Shown here piece after piece: positions 34,875-49,117 of a stretch of DNA of 64,000 nt. Location of the stretch: NCBI RefSeq assembly GCF_001194135.2, contig NC_068981.1, positions 21,608,792 through 21,672,791 of the forward strand, written 5' to 3'. The DNA is from Octopus bimaculoides. Taxonomy: Eukaryota. Both the position numbers and the translations under genes were made by a program. Within the stretch, counting starts at the first letter, position 1, and each line of letters opens with the position of its first letter. The notes under the pieces were generated by a model that was not told the origin of the DNA, searched no databases, and was given only the letters and a program-made list of their open reading frames with translations.

Positions 34875-35178
34875 AGACATTCGAGCGAGATCGTGCCAGT
34901 GCCGTTGGACTGGCTCCTGTGCAGGTGGCACGTAAAATACACCATTTTGAGCGTGGCCATTGCCAGTACCACCTGACTGGCCTTCATGCCGGTGGCACGT
35001 AAAAGCACCCACTACACTCTCGGAGTGGTTGGCGTTAGGAAGGGCATCCAGCTGTAGATACTCTGCCAAATCAGATTGGAGCCTGGTGTAGCCATCCGGT
35101 TCACCAGTCCCCAGTCAAATCGTCCAACCTATGTTAGCATGGAAAGCGGACGTTAAACGATGATGATGATGATGATGC
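34875..35178 (+). mobile_element. RTE-type 3' tail copy
   Basis: Ends ggaaagcggacgttaaacgatgatgatgat. Confidence 0.9.
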
Positions 35179-35324
35179 TGCCAAATTGAACTATGTTATC
35201 AATTAGGAATTGGAATTGTGATGATTTTTGGTTGATAACTGATGAGATATTGAGCATGTTTTGTCGTTCCTTTATTATTCTCTTGTGCCACATTTTATTA
35301 TATATATATATATATATACATATA

Positions 35325-35487
35325 TGGCGTTAGGAAGGGCAACCTAAGGTTAGGAAGGGCATCCAGCTGTAGAAACTCTGCCAAATTTAGATTGGAGCCT
35401 GGTGTTGCCATCCGGTTTCACCAGTCCTCAGTCAAATCGTCCAACCCATGCTAGCATGGAAAGCGGACGTTAAACGATGATGATGAT
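35325..35487 (+). mobile_element. RTE-type 3' tail copy
   Basis: Same tail, 80 bp upstream of exon 10. Confidence 0.9.
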
Positions 35488-35567
35488 ATACATATATATA
35501 CATATATATAAACATTATAACTGTAAAACTGTCATCTATGTTTGACTTTGATGTTTCTCCTTGTCAG

Positions 35568-35813
35568 CTTGCTGAACAACAAGGGATTGATGTTGATACA
35601 ATGGTGATAGCACTTGAGAATGTAGATGATTCAGTTACTCCAATGGAATGGATCCAGACCCAATGGCCAGATTATATCACAACTGCTACAGCCTTGATTC
35701 TTAACCGAATTGGAGTCCAGTTTCATAAAGAAGAAGTAACCTGTGCCTTGAAGAAGCATAAAGGCAATGTAGATAAAGCTGTCGAAGAATGTACTCATTC
35801 TTATCAAAAAAAG
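35568..35813 (+). CDS. RNF31: HOIP-like exon 10, UBA domain
   Basis: ccttgtcag / aag|gtaact. LAEQQG...PMEWIQTQWP...ALKKHKGNVDKAVEEC parallels human PLQWLRSELP...HGNLDEAVEEC. Confidence 0.93.
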
Positions 35814-36727
35814 GTAACTTCACTAAAATGTTTTCTTCATATGATATAACATAATTAACAATTCATTCATGTTACACAACACTGTTATATACCTAGAATC
35901 TATTGTAGACACAGCATTGTTATGCAACCAACAATTCATCTATGTTACACAACCCTATTATGCAATCCACAGCTTGTTCATGTTGCACAATATTGTTATA
36001 CAACTAACAACCATTTCTGCTGCACAACGTTGTCACATACATAATCATGCTTCCTATTCTTACTCTAATATTCTTATGATGTCTTACACTTTTTCACTCA
36101 AGCAAGCACAAACTGCTGCTACATTAGTAAAACTAGCTGTATCCTTAAATAATATCACATATATTTTATCAACTGTAGTTGTGTCTGTTACCAAGTGGTG
36201 TGTCTAGCAGTGAGTGATTGTGTCTAACACTGATTGTCTGACATGTCAGGCGGTTATGCCTGCTACTCATGGCTTTGCTTGTTAAATGCTAATACCAGGT
36301 AATTGTATCTATCTTCTTGTTCTGTCACTGGGTGACTGTGTCTGTTACTGGATGACTTCTGTCACTGGGTAACTGTGACTGTCAGTGTGTCTCAGTGTCT
36401 CATTGAGTGACTGTTTATTGGTGAATGACTGTCTGTTATTGTGTGACTATCTCAACAGCTGACTGTGACAGAAGGTTACTATGTCTGATGATAGCTGACT
36501 GTCTGTGGTCAATGGTGTTTGTCAGCTGGTGATTATGTGTCTGTCTGTCTGTGTGGCACTGTGTTTGTCTGTGGGTTACTGTCAGTGAGTGACTGACTCA
36601 CTAGTTGACTGTGTCTGTCATAGGATGATAATTCTTGTACCTGTTATAGTTATTTGAAACTATGTCTTGGGAATATACTCATTTTTTTAATTATATTCAG
36701 TTATATGTATTTTTTTTTTTTTTGCAG

Positions 36728-36943
36728 CTTAAAAAGTCGCAAGAATTTGGCAATTTCTCTGAAGAAGATTTCAAACAAGCTTTTCAGAAACATAGTGGAG
36801 ATGTTGATCTAATACTCCAAGAGTTATTTACACCTAGTTTAGATGAATACGAGAAAAGAATTTGGGCTATAAATGAGCCTCTCAATCGATCGTTATCAGC
36901 TGACTTAATTAACCTTTTAAAAGACAATCAAATAGATGTCCAA
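36728..36943 (+). CDS. RNF31: HOIP-like exon 11, UBA C-terminal lobe
   Basis: Poly-T cag / caa|gtaagt. QAFQKHSGDVDLILQEL...EKRIW parallels QALFQHGGDVSRALTEL...RQRLW. Confidence 0.93.
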
Positions 36944-37306
36944 GTAAGTTCTGCAACAATTCCATCAATTACTTATTTCATCTAGATATCCATTACATTA
37001 CATTACATTACATTATTAATCTAATTATATTGCAGCCTTTTCTGACTTTACATGATGTGGTAATACTACTGATTGGGGAGTGATGTCACTGATCAGGGTC
37101 AAAGTGTCATTGATTGGGTGGTGATGTCACTTAGTGTCTAAGGTAGGATAGGCACTCAGTAGAGAATCAGGATTTCATTTGGGAGAGACACAATGTCATT
37201 CATTGGAAGGAAGGGGTGATGTCTCTTAGTGAGGTGAAGATGCTATTTAGTCTGAATTGTTTCATTGTAGAATTCTTTGCAACTACTTTGGAAATTGTCT
37301 TATTTC

Positions 37307-37307
<1 letters not shown>

Positions 37308-37348
<41 letters not shown>

Positions 37349-37705
37349 GTTTAACGTCTGCTTTCCATGCTAGCATGGGTTAGACGATTTGACTGAGGAC
37401 TGGTGAACCAAATGGCTACACCAGGCTCCAATATGATTTGGCAGAGTTTCTACAGCTGGATGCTATTCCTAACGCCAACCACTCAGAGAGTGTAGTGGGT
37501 GCTTTTACGTGCCACCGGCACGAAGGCCAGTCAGGCGGTACTGGCAATGGCCACGCTCAAAATGTTGTATTTTATGTGCCACCTGCACAGGAGCCAGTCC
37601 GGCGGTACTGGCAACGACCTCGCTCAAATGTCTTTTCATGTGCCAGGAAGGCGACACTGGTAATGATTACGCTCAAATGGTGCTATTTACGTGCCACTGG
37701 CGCAA
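37308..37705 (-). mobile_element. RTE-type 3' tail copy
   Basis: (CAT)n followed by the reverse-complement tail. Confidence 0.9.
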
Positions 37706-38173
37706 CATCCCTTATTTTATTTGACTTTGAAAGAAGTACACTTCATTCTACTATTTCAAACATTTACCATTTACCCCGTCCCACATACATTAATGTATCC
37801 ACTTTCTGTTATTTTCAACAGCATGTAGAACTGATATCAACTGGTATTTATAACTTCAAAGAATTGACAAAATTATTTTTAAAACTAGGTCATTTGACAA
37901 GATTTGAGTGTATTTTCATTTAATAAACTAGTAAGGTAAAAGTGCATCAAGTATTGATTGATAAGGGTAGTTATAACATATCAAGTGAGTATCTATGTCT
38001 CCTCCAGGTTTAATATGTATGGGAGTATTTAAGGTCTTTTCACTTATAGTGTGTGTGTGTGCCTATATTTTACCAGACACCGAAAGAGCATAAAATAAGA
38101 GCTGAAAAATGTCATTTGCTACACATTCACTCTCTCATATTTTTATCAATTTTATTATTTTATTTTTTTTCAG

Positions 38174-38389
38174 AGACGTGTTAGGGCAGCCTATTCTGAA
38201 ATTGCATTCAAAGGTTGGCGCCGAGCTGAATATGTTGTAGGTATTATTGACAAAAGTCTCCAAACTCTTGAGAACTGTGATATTGCTGATATTGTTGAAA
38301 TAGTGCAGAATACAACTAGTATGGACCTTGCTTTGAAACAGTTGAAAATTGAATGCAAAATCTGCTTCAATTCTCACCCCCAAACCAAA
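38174..38389 (+). CDS. RNF31: HOIP-like exon 12: pre-RING1 helices and RING1 start
   Basis: ttttttcag / aaa|gtaagt. RRVRAAYSEIAFKGWRRAEYVV...IECKICFNSHPQTK. Missed by the ORF track. Confidence 0.93.
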
Positions 38390-38396
38390 GTAAGTA

Positions 38397-38438
<42 letters not shown>

Positions 38439-38854
38439 CCCACTGTAAAAAACACTACACATTACAACCATATTAGAATATACTCTACAAACTACTACAC
38501 AGCACTCACTACAAACCACACAACACATGCTACAAACCACACAACACACTATAATCTACAGAGTGCACTGCAAACAGCACAATACACTCCTCAAACAACA
38601 TAATACAAACTACAAAAAACACAACACACTACCTGCTACAACCCATAGAGTACAATATATACTAATCCATGCTTTCTTAAGGTTGTCCATCTTTATTATT
38701 TGATGGCTATTTTACCTTAATTTGTGGACCGTTTGATTGCTAGAGATCTCTATACATGATGTACAACTTTGATTGTAGGAGAAGACCTGGCAAGCCAAGT
38801 GAGACCTAAATCTAAGGCCTCAGCCAGCCTACTTATGCGTACCTTCCTTCATTG

Positions 38855-39378
38855 GATACTAAACTCCACTTGCGAAGACCTGTTGAGGCAAGTGAAATTG
38901 AAATCGAATTAAATTCGATGACTGACACCCATGCCAACGTCATCTCCTTCATTGGACACGAAACTCGGCTTGCGAAGACCTGTTGGGGCAAGCGAAAGCG
39001 AAATCGTCATGGCACCTGTGTCCATCATCGCCTTCCTGGCACTTGTGCTGGATGCCATGTGTAAAGACATTCGAGCGAGATTGTTGCCAGTGCCGCTGAA
39101 CTGGCTCCTGTGCGGGTGGCACGTAAAATACACCATTTTGAGCATGACCGTTGCCAGTACCACCTGACTGGCCTTCGTGCCGGTGGCACGTAAAAGCACC
39201 CTCTACACTCTCGGAGTTGCTGGCGTTAGGAAGGGCATCCAGCTGTAGAAACTCTGCCAAATAAGATTGGAGACTGGTGTAGCCATCTGGTTTCACCAGT
39301 CCTCAGTCAAATCGTCCAACCCATGCTAGCATGGAAAGCGGACGTTAAACGACGATGATGATGATGATGATGATGATG
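38855..39378 (+). mobile_element. RTE-type 3' end copy (longer)
   Basis: gagaagacctggcaagccaagtgag upstream, then the (GAT)n tail. Confidence 0.9.
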
Positions 39379-40132
39379 GTACAAGTAAATGTTTGGTTGG
39401 AGAAGCCATGTGTAACTATGTTTATATGCCTCTTTTCTCACTTCTCTGAATAGTGCTGAGTACGTTTCTCCTATATATCTTCAGTCTGTTTGGCAGTGAC
39501 TCTGTTAAATTGAAGATCAAGTAGCAATATCTTCCAGTCTTAAAAGACTGATTCTACATCTCTCCAAAGTGATCTTCGGTTGATCTTTGAACTGCTTTTC
39601 TGGTTCTTCAGCCTAGTGTCACCCATCATGTACTTGCAGGAGATCCTGATGTAAATTACACATCTGAGTCATCTTAGTTGATGCCTGTATTTTGTGGGTT
39701 CAATGCTGGCATTGGCATTGGTGTTGGTTCCATGAAGGATTTCTCTGTACATAAACATATCTTGCCTCCTACTCCTTCTACCACCCTCTTCCTCACTTCT
39801 TCCCTCTTTACTTAACCTCCGCTTGAGATTTGTTCAAAGTTTTTGCCCTTTTTCTCTCTACATCCCCTTTCCCATTTGTTTACCTTGCATCTCACCTGCC
39901 CCATTTCTTATATTCTGGTCTTTCCTCCAACTCTCATTCATCATTCACTAGGTCAAAACTACAGCAATACCGTCTTATTTGTCCTTGCTATCAAACAAAA
40001 GGCAAGTGCTCAAAACCTTAGGTTCTTTGCTGCAGCCAGACTTATTGAATTCTACAAATTTTCCTGTAAAATCAATGTTTACCTTAGCTCTGACCTTTCA
40101 CCATCTCTCTCTGTTTCTCTCTCTCTTTTCAG

Positions 40133-40306
40133 ATTATGACACTTTGTTCGTGTGATTGTAAATTTTGTATTGGATGTTTCCAACAATATTTTGAGCTGAA
40201 GATAAATAATGAACCTGTTGTTACTTGGACTTGTCCTATATGTGGCTTACCTGAACTTAGTGAATCTGACACAGTTCGTAATTATTTCAACATTTTAGGC
40301 CTCCAG
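40133..40306 (+). CDS. RNF31: HOIP-like exon 13, RING1
   Basis: IMTLCSCDCKFCIGCFQQYF...WTCPICGLPEL. cag|gtaagc. Confidence 0.95.
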
Positions 40307-41893
40307 GTAAGCATCTTGTACAATGTTCTGTAGCTATTTCTTTTCCAACATTTATTATTTTCATTCACCTTTGATGATTTATATGTCTTTAACCCTTTCA
40401 TAACCATATTTCTATTGAGATTCTCTGCTTTTGTTTTGATTAATTTTGAAAATAATGAAGAACTGTGTAAAATAACTTTTTTATTGTTAAGCTGGTGTTA
40501 GGAACATATTTTTCCGTCAAAATTTCTGAAATATAATTCTGATCACTTTGAAACAAGGAATTTGTATCAGAAGCAAGAGTGGTCTCTGGTGGGTTGGTAT
40601 CAAAAGAGTTAAACATTGAAAACGTCATCAGCATTCAACATTACTGCTACAACATTTAACCATTCTAACTGTAAACTCTATTATCAGCTGCTGAGGTTAC
40701 TGTTTAACTATAGTCTGCCTCTTGATTCAACAGACTTATGATCAGAGCTATTCTATCTAACATCATTCCACCTTTTCCCCAGACATAGATTATATCAGAC
40801 TACATTATCTAATGTGCCATTCTTTTGATACTGTAGGGTGTTAGTTGAAGGATGTTTGACAATTATTTCTAGCAGGTCAAATAAGAAAGTTGAAAGCCCC
40901 TTGTTGGCTTGCTTCTGTTGTGTGATTAGTTTGGCTGGTATTTCATATAACAATAAGCATCTTTATAAATTCACTCACTTTTAAATTGAATAATAGTATG
41001 AACATGTGAGAGTATCCCTAATCTTGTTCAGAAGTTGAGAAACAAGTATCTTGCCTAAGAATCATATGTCACTCTATATTTTAATTTTGTCTTTTAACCC
41101 TTTAACAATCAGATTTCTCTATCAAATGTACTGGTTATTTATTCACATTGGTTTGAATTAATCATGCATTATCTTATAGCATAGAAATTTCAATGATGTG
41201 ATTGTTTATTTTTAGAATGACATTGCAGGGTAGGTGCGAAAGCCAGATCTAACTGTTTTGAACATAAAAATAGGTAGAATATATTGACTGGATGTGGCCA
41301 GTGTAAGCGCAAAAGTGTTGACCCATGAATTACCACTCGATGCTCACACATACACATTGCATCACTAGTGCTAGCAGCAAAGGGATTGGTTTTTATAGAC
41401 AAAGAGAAGATTATATAATAGTTATCTCTCAGTAGGACCTTGTATGGTCAGGGTAGAAAATTCTTAAGACTCTCAAAAATTGAAGAGAAATAGGTACAGT
41501 ACTTCGGATATATCGTGTGAAATTGATGGGTAGGTTGAATAGTTTTCATAAATCATTTATGAAACTAGGTGGTTATCATCAGTTAACTACACTGTTTTTG
41601 TCTAACTCTAGGTCAAACTGTGACCAAGAAGATCTTATGACCAAAGGTATTTCATGTATCAACATCTCGATGTAGTGTTTCTTTTTTAAGATAGTCAGAT
41701 ATGATTTGAGGGCAATTTACCTGTTACCTCTAGCAGAATAATTGACCATGTATATGACCAGTTGTTGGCCATAATGGTGTTGTGCAATTAGCTAACATAT
41801 ATTGAGTATAAAAATGTCAGAATATTGATTCTCTTACTCTGTTGTTGCTTTTTACTAATATTTTGAAAATATTTCAAAATGCAAACTTTTCAG

Positions 41894-41995
41894 ATTAAAC
41901 AAAATAATTTTAGTCAAAAGACTAATATTTTGTATGAGACCAAACTACGTGATTGGCACTTACAGAGGGATCCTAACTTCCGCTGGTGTCAGCAG
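41894..41995 (+). CDS. RNF31: HOIP-like exon 14, RING1-IBR linker
   Basis: YETKLRDWHLQRDPNFRWCQQ (human KKLTEGVLMRDPKFLWCAQ). cag|gtgagt. Confidence 0.95.
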
Positions 41996-42726
41996 GTGAG
42001 TATTGCTCCTTTTGTAGTGTCCTTACTCTGTGTTGTATTCACTTAATTTGTTGACTGAAAAAGAAGCCCGTTGCGTGTGTGTGTGTGTGATGACATTACA
42101 GGATAGTTGTAAACAAGTGCCTCTGTTACACATGTGGTTCTGTTACACATGTCTGGTTATGGGGAGATCTTACCTTGCTTGGAAACAAGTGAGGATTAAC
42201 ATCAGGAAGAGCCTCAAGCTGCAGAAAATCTTTTATATATCTGATACGTGCAAGTATGGAGAAACGGGTGTTAAAATGATGATGATGATAATGAATATGT
42301 TATGGCATGGCACTTTCGTACAATTTGTTGAATTTTAATTATATTTTGCTTTTACAAAATATTGTGTGATGGCCTTAATTAGTAGACCGCACATGATATT
42401 TAACTTTTTTCTCACATTCTAAATAGGACACTCATATCTATTCCAAGGCCCTAAAACTACCAGCAAGGCTGAGGTTTAGCTTGAATGCCTGCTGGTGAAA
42501 CATAAAGGTGCCACATAAAAAGTGTTGGTGCCATGTAAAAAACACCCATCTGTACTGGTGCTACATTAAAAAAACACCCAGTATACTCTGCAAAGTGCTT
42601 ACTGTTTGGAGGTGCTCTCAGCTATAGATATCAAGCCAAAATACACAACTGGGACCTGGTGTAGAGCACTTCAGCATGCCAGCTCTAGCCAAACCATCTA
42701 GCCCATACCAAGATGGAAAATGGACA

Positions 42727-43002
42727 TCATCATCGTTTAACGTCCGCTTTCCATGCTAGCATGGGTTGGACGATTTGACTGAGGACTGGTGAACCAGATG
42801 GCTACACCAGGCTCCAATCTGATTTGGCAGAGTTTCTACAGCTGGATGCCCTTCCTAACGCCAACTACTCCGAGAGTGTAGTGGGTGCTTTTACGTGCCA
42901 CCGACACAAAGGCCAGTCAGGCGGTACTGGCAATGGCCACGCTCGAAATGGTGTATTTTATGTGCCATCTGCACAAGAGCCAGTCCAGCGGCACTGGCAG
43001 TT
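42727..43002 (-). mobile_element. RTE-type 3' tail copy
   Basis: catcatcgtttaacgtccgctttccatgctagc... Confidence 0.9.
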
Positions 43003-43503
43003 GTATATATAGAAGGAGGATTGGGCAAGTTATTTGGTCTACAATTTGGAGATGGGACACAGTAAGGATGTTAAAAGGTGGAGAGAGAGAGAGAAGCAGT
43101 CATATTAGGTGTGCTTGGATGGCACACAACTTGCAAGTTTTGAAAACAGAGAGCATTGTATTAGCTATAGAAGTGATGGTGGGGAAGTAGGATAGGGATC
43201 TGTTATGGTGGTGACTAAAGGATTACTTAACTGTGAGGTTGTTATTTTGGTGTGTGAAGGGTCTTGAATGAGGGTGGGAGTGTAATGATGTGGTTAATAG
43301 TCTATGTATATAGTAAAGTATATTTTTCAAATGCATTCTAATCATGTGAATATAGAAAAATGTGGTAAGAAGCTTGCTTCTCGACCATGTGCTTCCAGGT
43401 TCAGTCCCACTCAGTGGCATCTTGTACTATAGCCTCAGGCAGACCAAAGCCTTGTGAGTGCATTTGGCTGATGGAAACTGAAAGAAACTTATTGTATACA
43501 TGC

Positions 43504-43553
<50 letters not shown>

Positions 43554-43881
43554 GTGTCCATGTCCTACCACTGCTTGAAAATCAAGTTGGTGTGTTTATG
43601 TCCCCACAACTTAGCAGTTCAGCAAAAGAGGCCAATAGAATGAATACCAGGCTTAAAAACAGAAGTACTGGGGTTGATTTGTTTGACTAAAATTTCTACA
43701 AGCATGGCTGCAGTCTAATGATAGAAACAAATAAAAGATGTGTGTTTTTATGTGTATAAGTGTGTGTGTGCGCATGTACTTTGCAAAGAATACAGGAAAA
43801 TGAAGGGAATTTGCTCCTGTTTACTAGAACACACCAGTATAAGGAAAAATTTATTGAAAATTCATTGTACTTCTTTTTCAG

Positions 43882-43971
43882 TGTGGTGGTGGTTTTCTGT
43901 TTGATGGAAAAGGACTGAAGATGAGTTGTCCATTTTGTAACAGAGCGATGTGTTTTAAATGTGAGAAAGTG
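43882..43971 (+). CDS. RNF31: HOIP-like exon 15, IBR
   Basis: CGGGFLFDGKGLKMSCPFCNRAMCFKCEKV. ctttttcag / gtaagt. Confidence 0.95.
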
Positions 43972-45440
43972 GTAAGTTTTTTCTTCTCTCTTTCATTATG
44001 TGGCAGATGAGATGGATTAAGTTTAGGACCAAAGAGCATACTACTATCATCTTCTCTCTTGATTTTTATAATGTTTCTATTTTCTATTTACCTATATCAT
44101 TCTCTTACACATGCAGGTACAACACTAAATTTCCAGACACTAATGTTCTGGAACTGCTTATATTCTGCACTAATTAATGATTGGGAACTTCAGATTCTTG
44201 CAGCCACCAGACTAGTTTCTGGTACTTTGAACAGTACAGTATTAATAAACTTTTATCATTTATACTAATATACAGGCATCTGTATTTCATTTAATTATTT
44301 AAGCAAATTTAATATTTGTTTACTTTAGAGGTGACCACCTCTTATTTGGAAAAGTCAATGATCTTAAAAAGCTTTGGAACCAAAGGTTTTTGGAAAAATT
44401 GATGTTGTACCTGCAGCTTATTATAAATTTAAATTATATCTTCTGTCTTAGTCTAACTCACAATTAGTGTTAATTCTATCTATTTCTGAAGGTCTTCTCT
44501 TAGAATTTAATTTGTGTTTTGTCTGTGAATTATTCAAGTTCAGAAAATATAATCTTACACTTTAATTATAAAAAAAATGTAGAACATTAATGATAGTCTA
44601 GGCATCACCAAGAACTGAGATACCTATTCTGTTTAGGTTGTGTAGATGAGGTGATATCTATAATAATAAAAGCGAAGTATTTTCTGTCTGTCTGGGCCCC
44701 TGTATCTCAGTCTATATTTGCTCTGCATAACCATATTATACCTTTTCGGAATCAGGAAGATCCTGGGATTGAAAATCTGCCCTTCGTTTGGTTCTTGAAA
44801 TCCAGCATTGGGATCTGATTTAAAAACATTTGCGTTGCTATTTCCAGCAGGTAAAGTTTGGCTAATCCATGCCATTTTGGTTGGTGTTTGTCAGATGATG
44901 TCAGAGATCAAGCGGGAGATAAATAACATTTGCTTCGTTAATTTTATCTCAAGATAAGAACTTTGGGACAAATTGACCAACTGTCCTTAATCTCTGATCA
45001 AAACCCATGGAGGTGTATAGTCATTATAGAAATATTATAGTCATGCTATTTAGATCTCTTTAGTTTTGGGCCACAGGCCCGATTAGTCCTCCTCAGGAGG
45101 TAGCTTAAAAGTCTGCACAGAGTGTGGCTTTTAAGCTAATTACAGATATTACTTGCTTCATCTGATGCCAAGATATTTAATGATATTGCTATGCATCTCT
45201 ATTCCCTCTATCTCACTTCTTCTCTTCCTTTTCTGTAAAGACATGGGAAGAAGTGATGCTGCCAAATCTTAGACTACCTGAAAAAAAGAAGACTCCCACA
45301 AGAGATGAGAAATCAGACAGATGTATCCAACGTTTATAACATCATAGATAAAAAAAAAAAGAATATTGTTGATGCTGATATGATGTTTATTGTTGTTGTT
45401 GTTGTTGTTGCATACTACTGAATGTTGTCTTCTGTTTCAG

Positions 45441-45555
45441 TGGGGTGATCAGCACCAGAATCTAAGTTGTGAAAAATACAATGAATGGTTGATTAATAAT
45501 CATCCAGAAAATCAAGCACAAGGTCTTGAAATGATACTCAAAAAGAATGGAATTA
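45441..45555 (+). CDS. RNF31: HOIP-like exon 16, IBR end and linker to RING2
   Basis: WGDQHQNLSCEKYNEWLINNHPENQAQGLEMILKKNGI (human NDPEYQAQGLAMYLQENGI). Phase-1 end, gtacgt. Confidence 0.95.
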
Positions 45556-46174
45556 GTACGTATTTAAGTTTTCACCCTAAATTTTTCAGCTTTCTGCACC
45601 AAAAGAGAATAATCCTGAATGGAGTATAGTTTTTTTTTCTTTCGTTTTATTCCTTCTCACTCCACCTCTTCCCCTCCTCTACCCCCCCCCTCTCTTTGGA
45701 GGTGATTCTTCATAAATTGTATTTTTAAAAAAAATTTTGATTCCTGTTCTCATACAAATTTTGATTTGTCTTGATTTAATTTGAAATTGGAAAAGGATAG
45801 GATGGTCATGGTTGGAATACTTTTACTCATACTAATGCAAAAATAGTTTCTGAATCCATAAAAATAAGACGGGAGGATCATAGTTGCAAAATTTGAAAGA
45901 AAAATCATTGACTCCTTGAAGGAGGGTTAGCCATTCTTGGAACGCCTTCATTTTTACTAATCTTTTACTCGTTTCATTCATTAAACTGTGGCCATGCTGG
46001 GGCACCACCTTGAAGAATTTTTTGTCAAATGAATCAGCTGCAGTACTTATATTTTTAAAGCTTGGTACTTATTCTGTTGGTCTCTTTTGCCGAACCACTA
46101 AGTTATGGGCATAAAGCACATCGACACTGGTTGTCAAGTAGTGGAGGGGAACAGACACAAAGATACACACAGAT

Positions 46175-46460
46175 ATCATCATCATCAGCATCATTTAACA
46201 TCTACTTTCCATGCTGGCATGGGTTGGACAGTTTGAATGAAGACTGGCAAGCCAGGAGGCTGCACCAGGCTCCAATCTGATCTTGCAAGGTTTCTATAGC
46301 TGGAATCCATTCCTAACGCCAACCACTGCAAGAGTGTAGTGGGTGCTTTTTTACGTGCCACCAGCATGGGGGCCAGTTAGGCAGCACTGGCATCGACCAC
46401 ACTCAAATGGTACTTTTTACATGCCACAACAGCGATTTTACTTGACTCAGTAGATTTCTC
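46175..46460 (-). mobile_element. Diverged RTE-type 3' tail copy
   Basis: catcatttaacatctactttccatgctggcatgggttgg... Confidence 0.8.
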
Positions 46461-47095
46461 AAGCACTGCACATTGCCCAGTGATTGAAGGGATCTCTTAA
46501 ATGGGTTGGTTATGCGACGCTGGCATAGGTCATAGCTACGATCTCAGCTTACCAGGTCTTCTCAAGCACAGCATATCTCCAAAGGTCTTGGTTGCTTATA
46601 TGTATATATAACAGGCTACTTTCAGTTTCCATCTACCACATCCACTCACAAGGCTTTGGTCTGCACAAAGCTATAGTAGAAAGTACTTGCCCAAGGTGCC
46701 ATGCAGTCTGACTGAACCCAGAACCATGTGGTTGGTATTCACACTTCTAACCACACATCTACACATGCACCCTGTTACTGGAAGAGAAAATCCAACAAAA
46801 AATCCAAAAGGAAAAAAACAGAATGGTTACAGTTAGAACACTTTCTTTTTCTCATCAATATTTGATAAATTATTAAAAAATTCCTTTTGTGGATGTTTTT
46901 ATACTGGTATACCTCAAAGAGATTACATGACCATACCAATGCAAACATCTCTCTTGCACACCACATCTGATGCTTCTTATATCCAACATTTCTCTCAGGG
47001 TGCCCTGTTCTTCATGTAGCACAATCTACTCTATACCTTATCTATATGTTTACATACACATAAACAAATAATTGTTACTACCTCTTCTATTTCAG

Positions 47096-47214
47096 TCTGT
47101 CCACTGTGTAAATATGTTTACTTCCTAAGTAAAGGTGGTTGTATTCATTTTACCTGCAAAGAATGCCGACATCAGTTTTGTTCTGGCTGCCAGAAAAGAT
47201 TTTACTCAAAAGAT
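47096..47214 (+). CDS. RNF31: HOIP-like exon 17, RING2 with catalytic Cys/His
   Basis: [31 protein letters not shown]. Cys codon at 47140-47142 and His at 47146-47148 (human C885/H887, GGCMH). Confidence 0.97.
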
Positions 47215-48621
47215 GTAAGTTACATGCTACTTTTTATTTTTTTATTTCNNNNNNNNNNNNNNNNNNNNNNNNNNNNNNNNNNNNNNNNTATATATATAAA
47301 ACAGGGTTTGTGTGTGTGTCTATGTTCCTTATGGATTCGAAAACTGACTTGCCGATTTTGATGTATGAGGTATCAAAAATTCAGTAATCTTTTGGTTACC
47401 AAATAAAGTATGTTTTTTACATAACAACTCTTTTTTTTTACTACAAAGATAACCTCGCAAACAAGGTTGGGTCGCACAATTATGAGGTCTTTAGCTAAGG
47501 GAGGCAACTCTGTTTGAACACTCTTTATGTCTTAGATAGAGCACAATGAGAAAATGTTTAAAAAAATACGTGGAGTTTTACCAGGAAATGAAACTTTGAA
47601 GATATGCTTTCAACTTTATTAGTATTATTTAGTAGATAATCTTTTAATATGAAGTATGCTTGTCTGTGTTTTGTTTAGCCCTGAGTTACCATTGCATAGT
47701 TTTTTTTTTCTTCATGTAATACTGTAAATCTGTGTCTTTCTTTTGATGAAAATGTGTGTTTTAAGAAAGATTTGGCTGCTATTTCTTGTAGCTCAAGTTA
47801 CCACAGACCTACCTCTGTGTATGTGTTTTGTTGTGGTGGAAAAAATACTTTTTCTCAGAATATTTTGCACTACAATCTTGTAATAAATCTAGACATCTTT
47901 CTTACTGCTAACCATTTGGCTTCAAATTACAGTTGTTAATTGTTGGAAGTCAAGTAGACTGAGATGTACATATACTGTCATCGTATAGAGTGGAAGTTCA
48001 GTACTAAGTTTTGAGCTCATTATCTTGTGGTTAGTATTCCATTACTTTAGATTTGAAGCCATTAAGTCTTTAAACATTATTTTACTGGGTTTAGTCTTTT
48101 GACTGTTGCCATGATGGGGTGTCACCATCCAAAATTTAATTGATCATACTGACCTCAGTACATATTTCAATCTGGCATTTATTTTATAGATCTCTGCTTG
48201 ATGAACTGCTAACTTTGAGACATAGTAGGACACAGTACTTGATTTAACAACAAATGCAAACATTCACACTCACACACACACACACACACACTAGGTGCAA
48301 GAATGACTGTGTGGCTGAGAAGTTTGCTTCCCAACCACATGGCTCCATGTTCAGTTCCTCTGCATGGTACCTTGGGAAAGTGTTTTCTACTATAGCCCTA
48401 GGCCAACCACAAACTTGTGACTGAATTTGGTAGATGGAAACTGCAGCGTTGTTCATCAGAAAATGACTGAAAAACATGTTTGAAGAAGAGTTGTTTGGTT
48501 CATACTCCTCGTGTGCCAATTCTGCCCATAAGAAAGGAACAAATAACACAATGTGGCTGTAGGTCATAACATCCAGGCAATGTTGGGGTCCATTGCTTAT
48601 ATATATATATATATATATATA

Positions 48622-49080
48622 TCATCATCATCATCATCGTTTAACATCCGCTTTACATGCTAGCATGGGTTGGGCGATTTGACTGAGGACTGGTGAACCA
48701 GATGGCTGCNNNNNNNNNNAGTTTCTACAGCTGAATGCCCTTCCTAATGCCAACCACTCAGAGAGTGTAGTGGGTGCTTTTACGTGCCACCGGCATGAAG
48801 GCCAGTCAGGCAGTACTGGCAATGGCCACGCTCAAAATGGTGTATTTTACGTGCCACCTGCACAAGTGCCAGTCCAGCAGCACTGGCAACGATCTCACTC
48901 GAATGTCTTTACACATGCCACCGGCACAAGTGCCAGGAAGGCGACGCTGGGCACAAGTGCCATCACGATTTCGCTTTCGCTTGTCCCAACAGGTCTTTGC
49001 AAGCCGAGTTTCGTGTCCAATGAAGGAGACGACGTTGGCATGGGTGCCAGTCATCGAATTTAGTTTGATTTTGATTGCCT
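48622..49080 (-). mobile_element. RTE-type 3' end copy
   Basis: Reverse-complement tail with a 10-N gap at 48710-48719. Confidence 0.9.
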
Positions 49081-49117
49081 CAACAGATCTTACACACACA
49101 CATATACACATATATTT

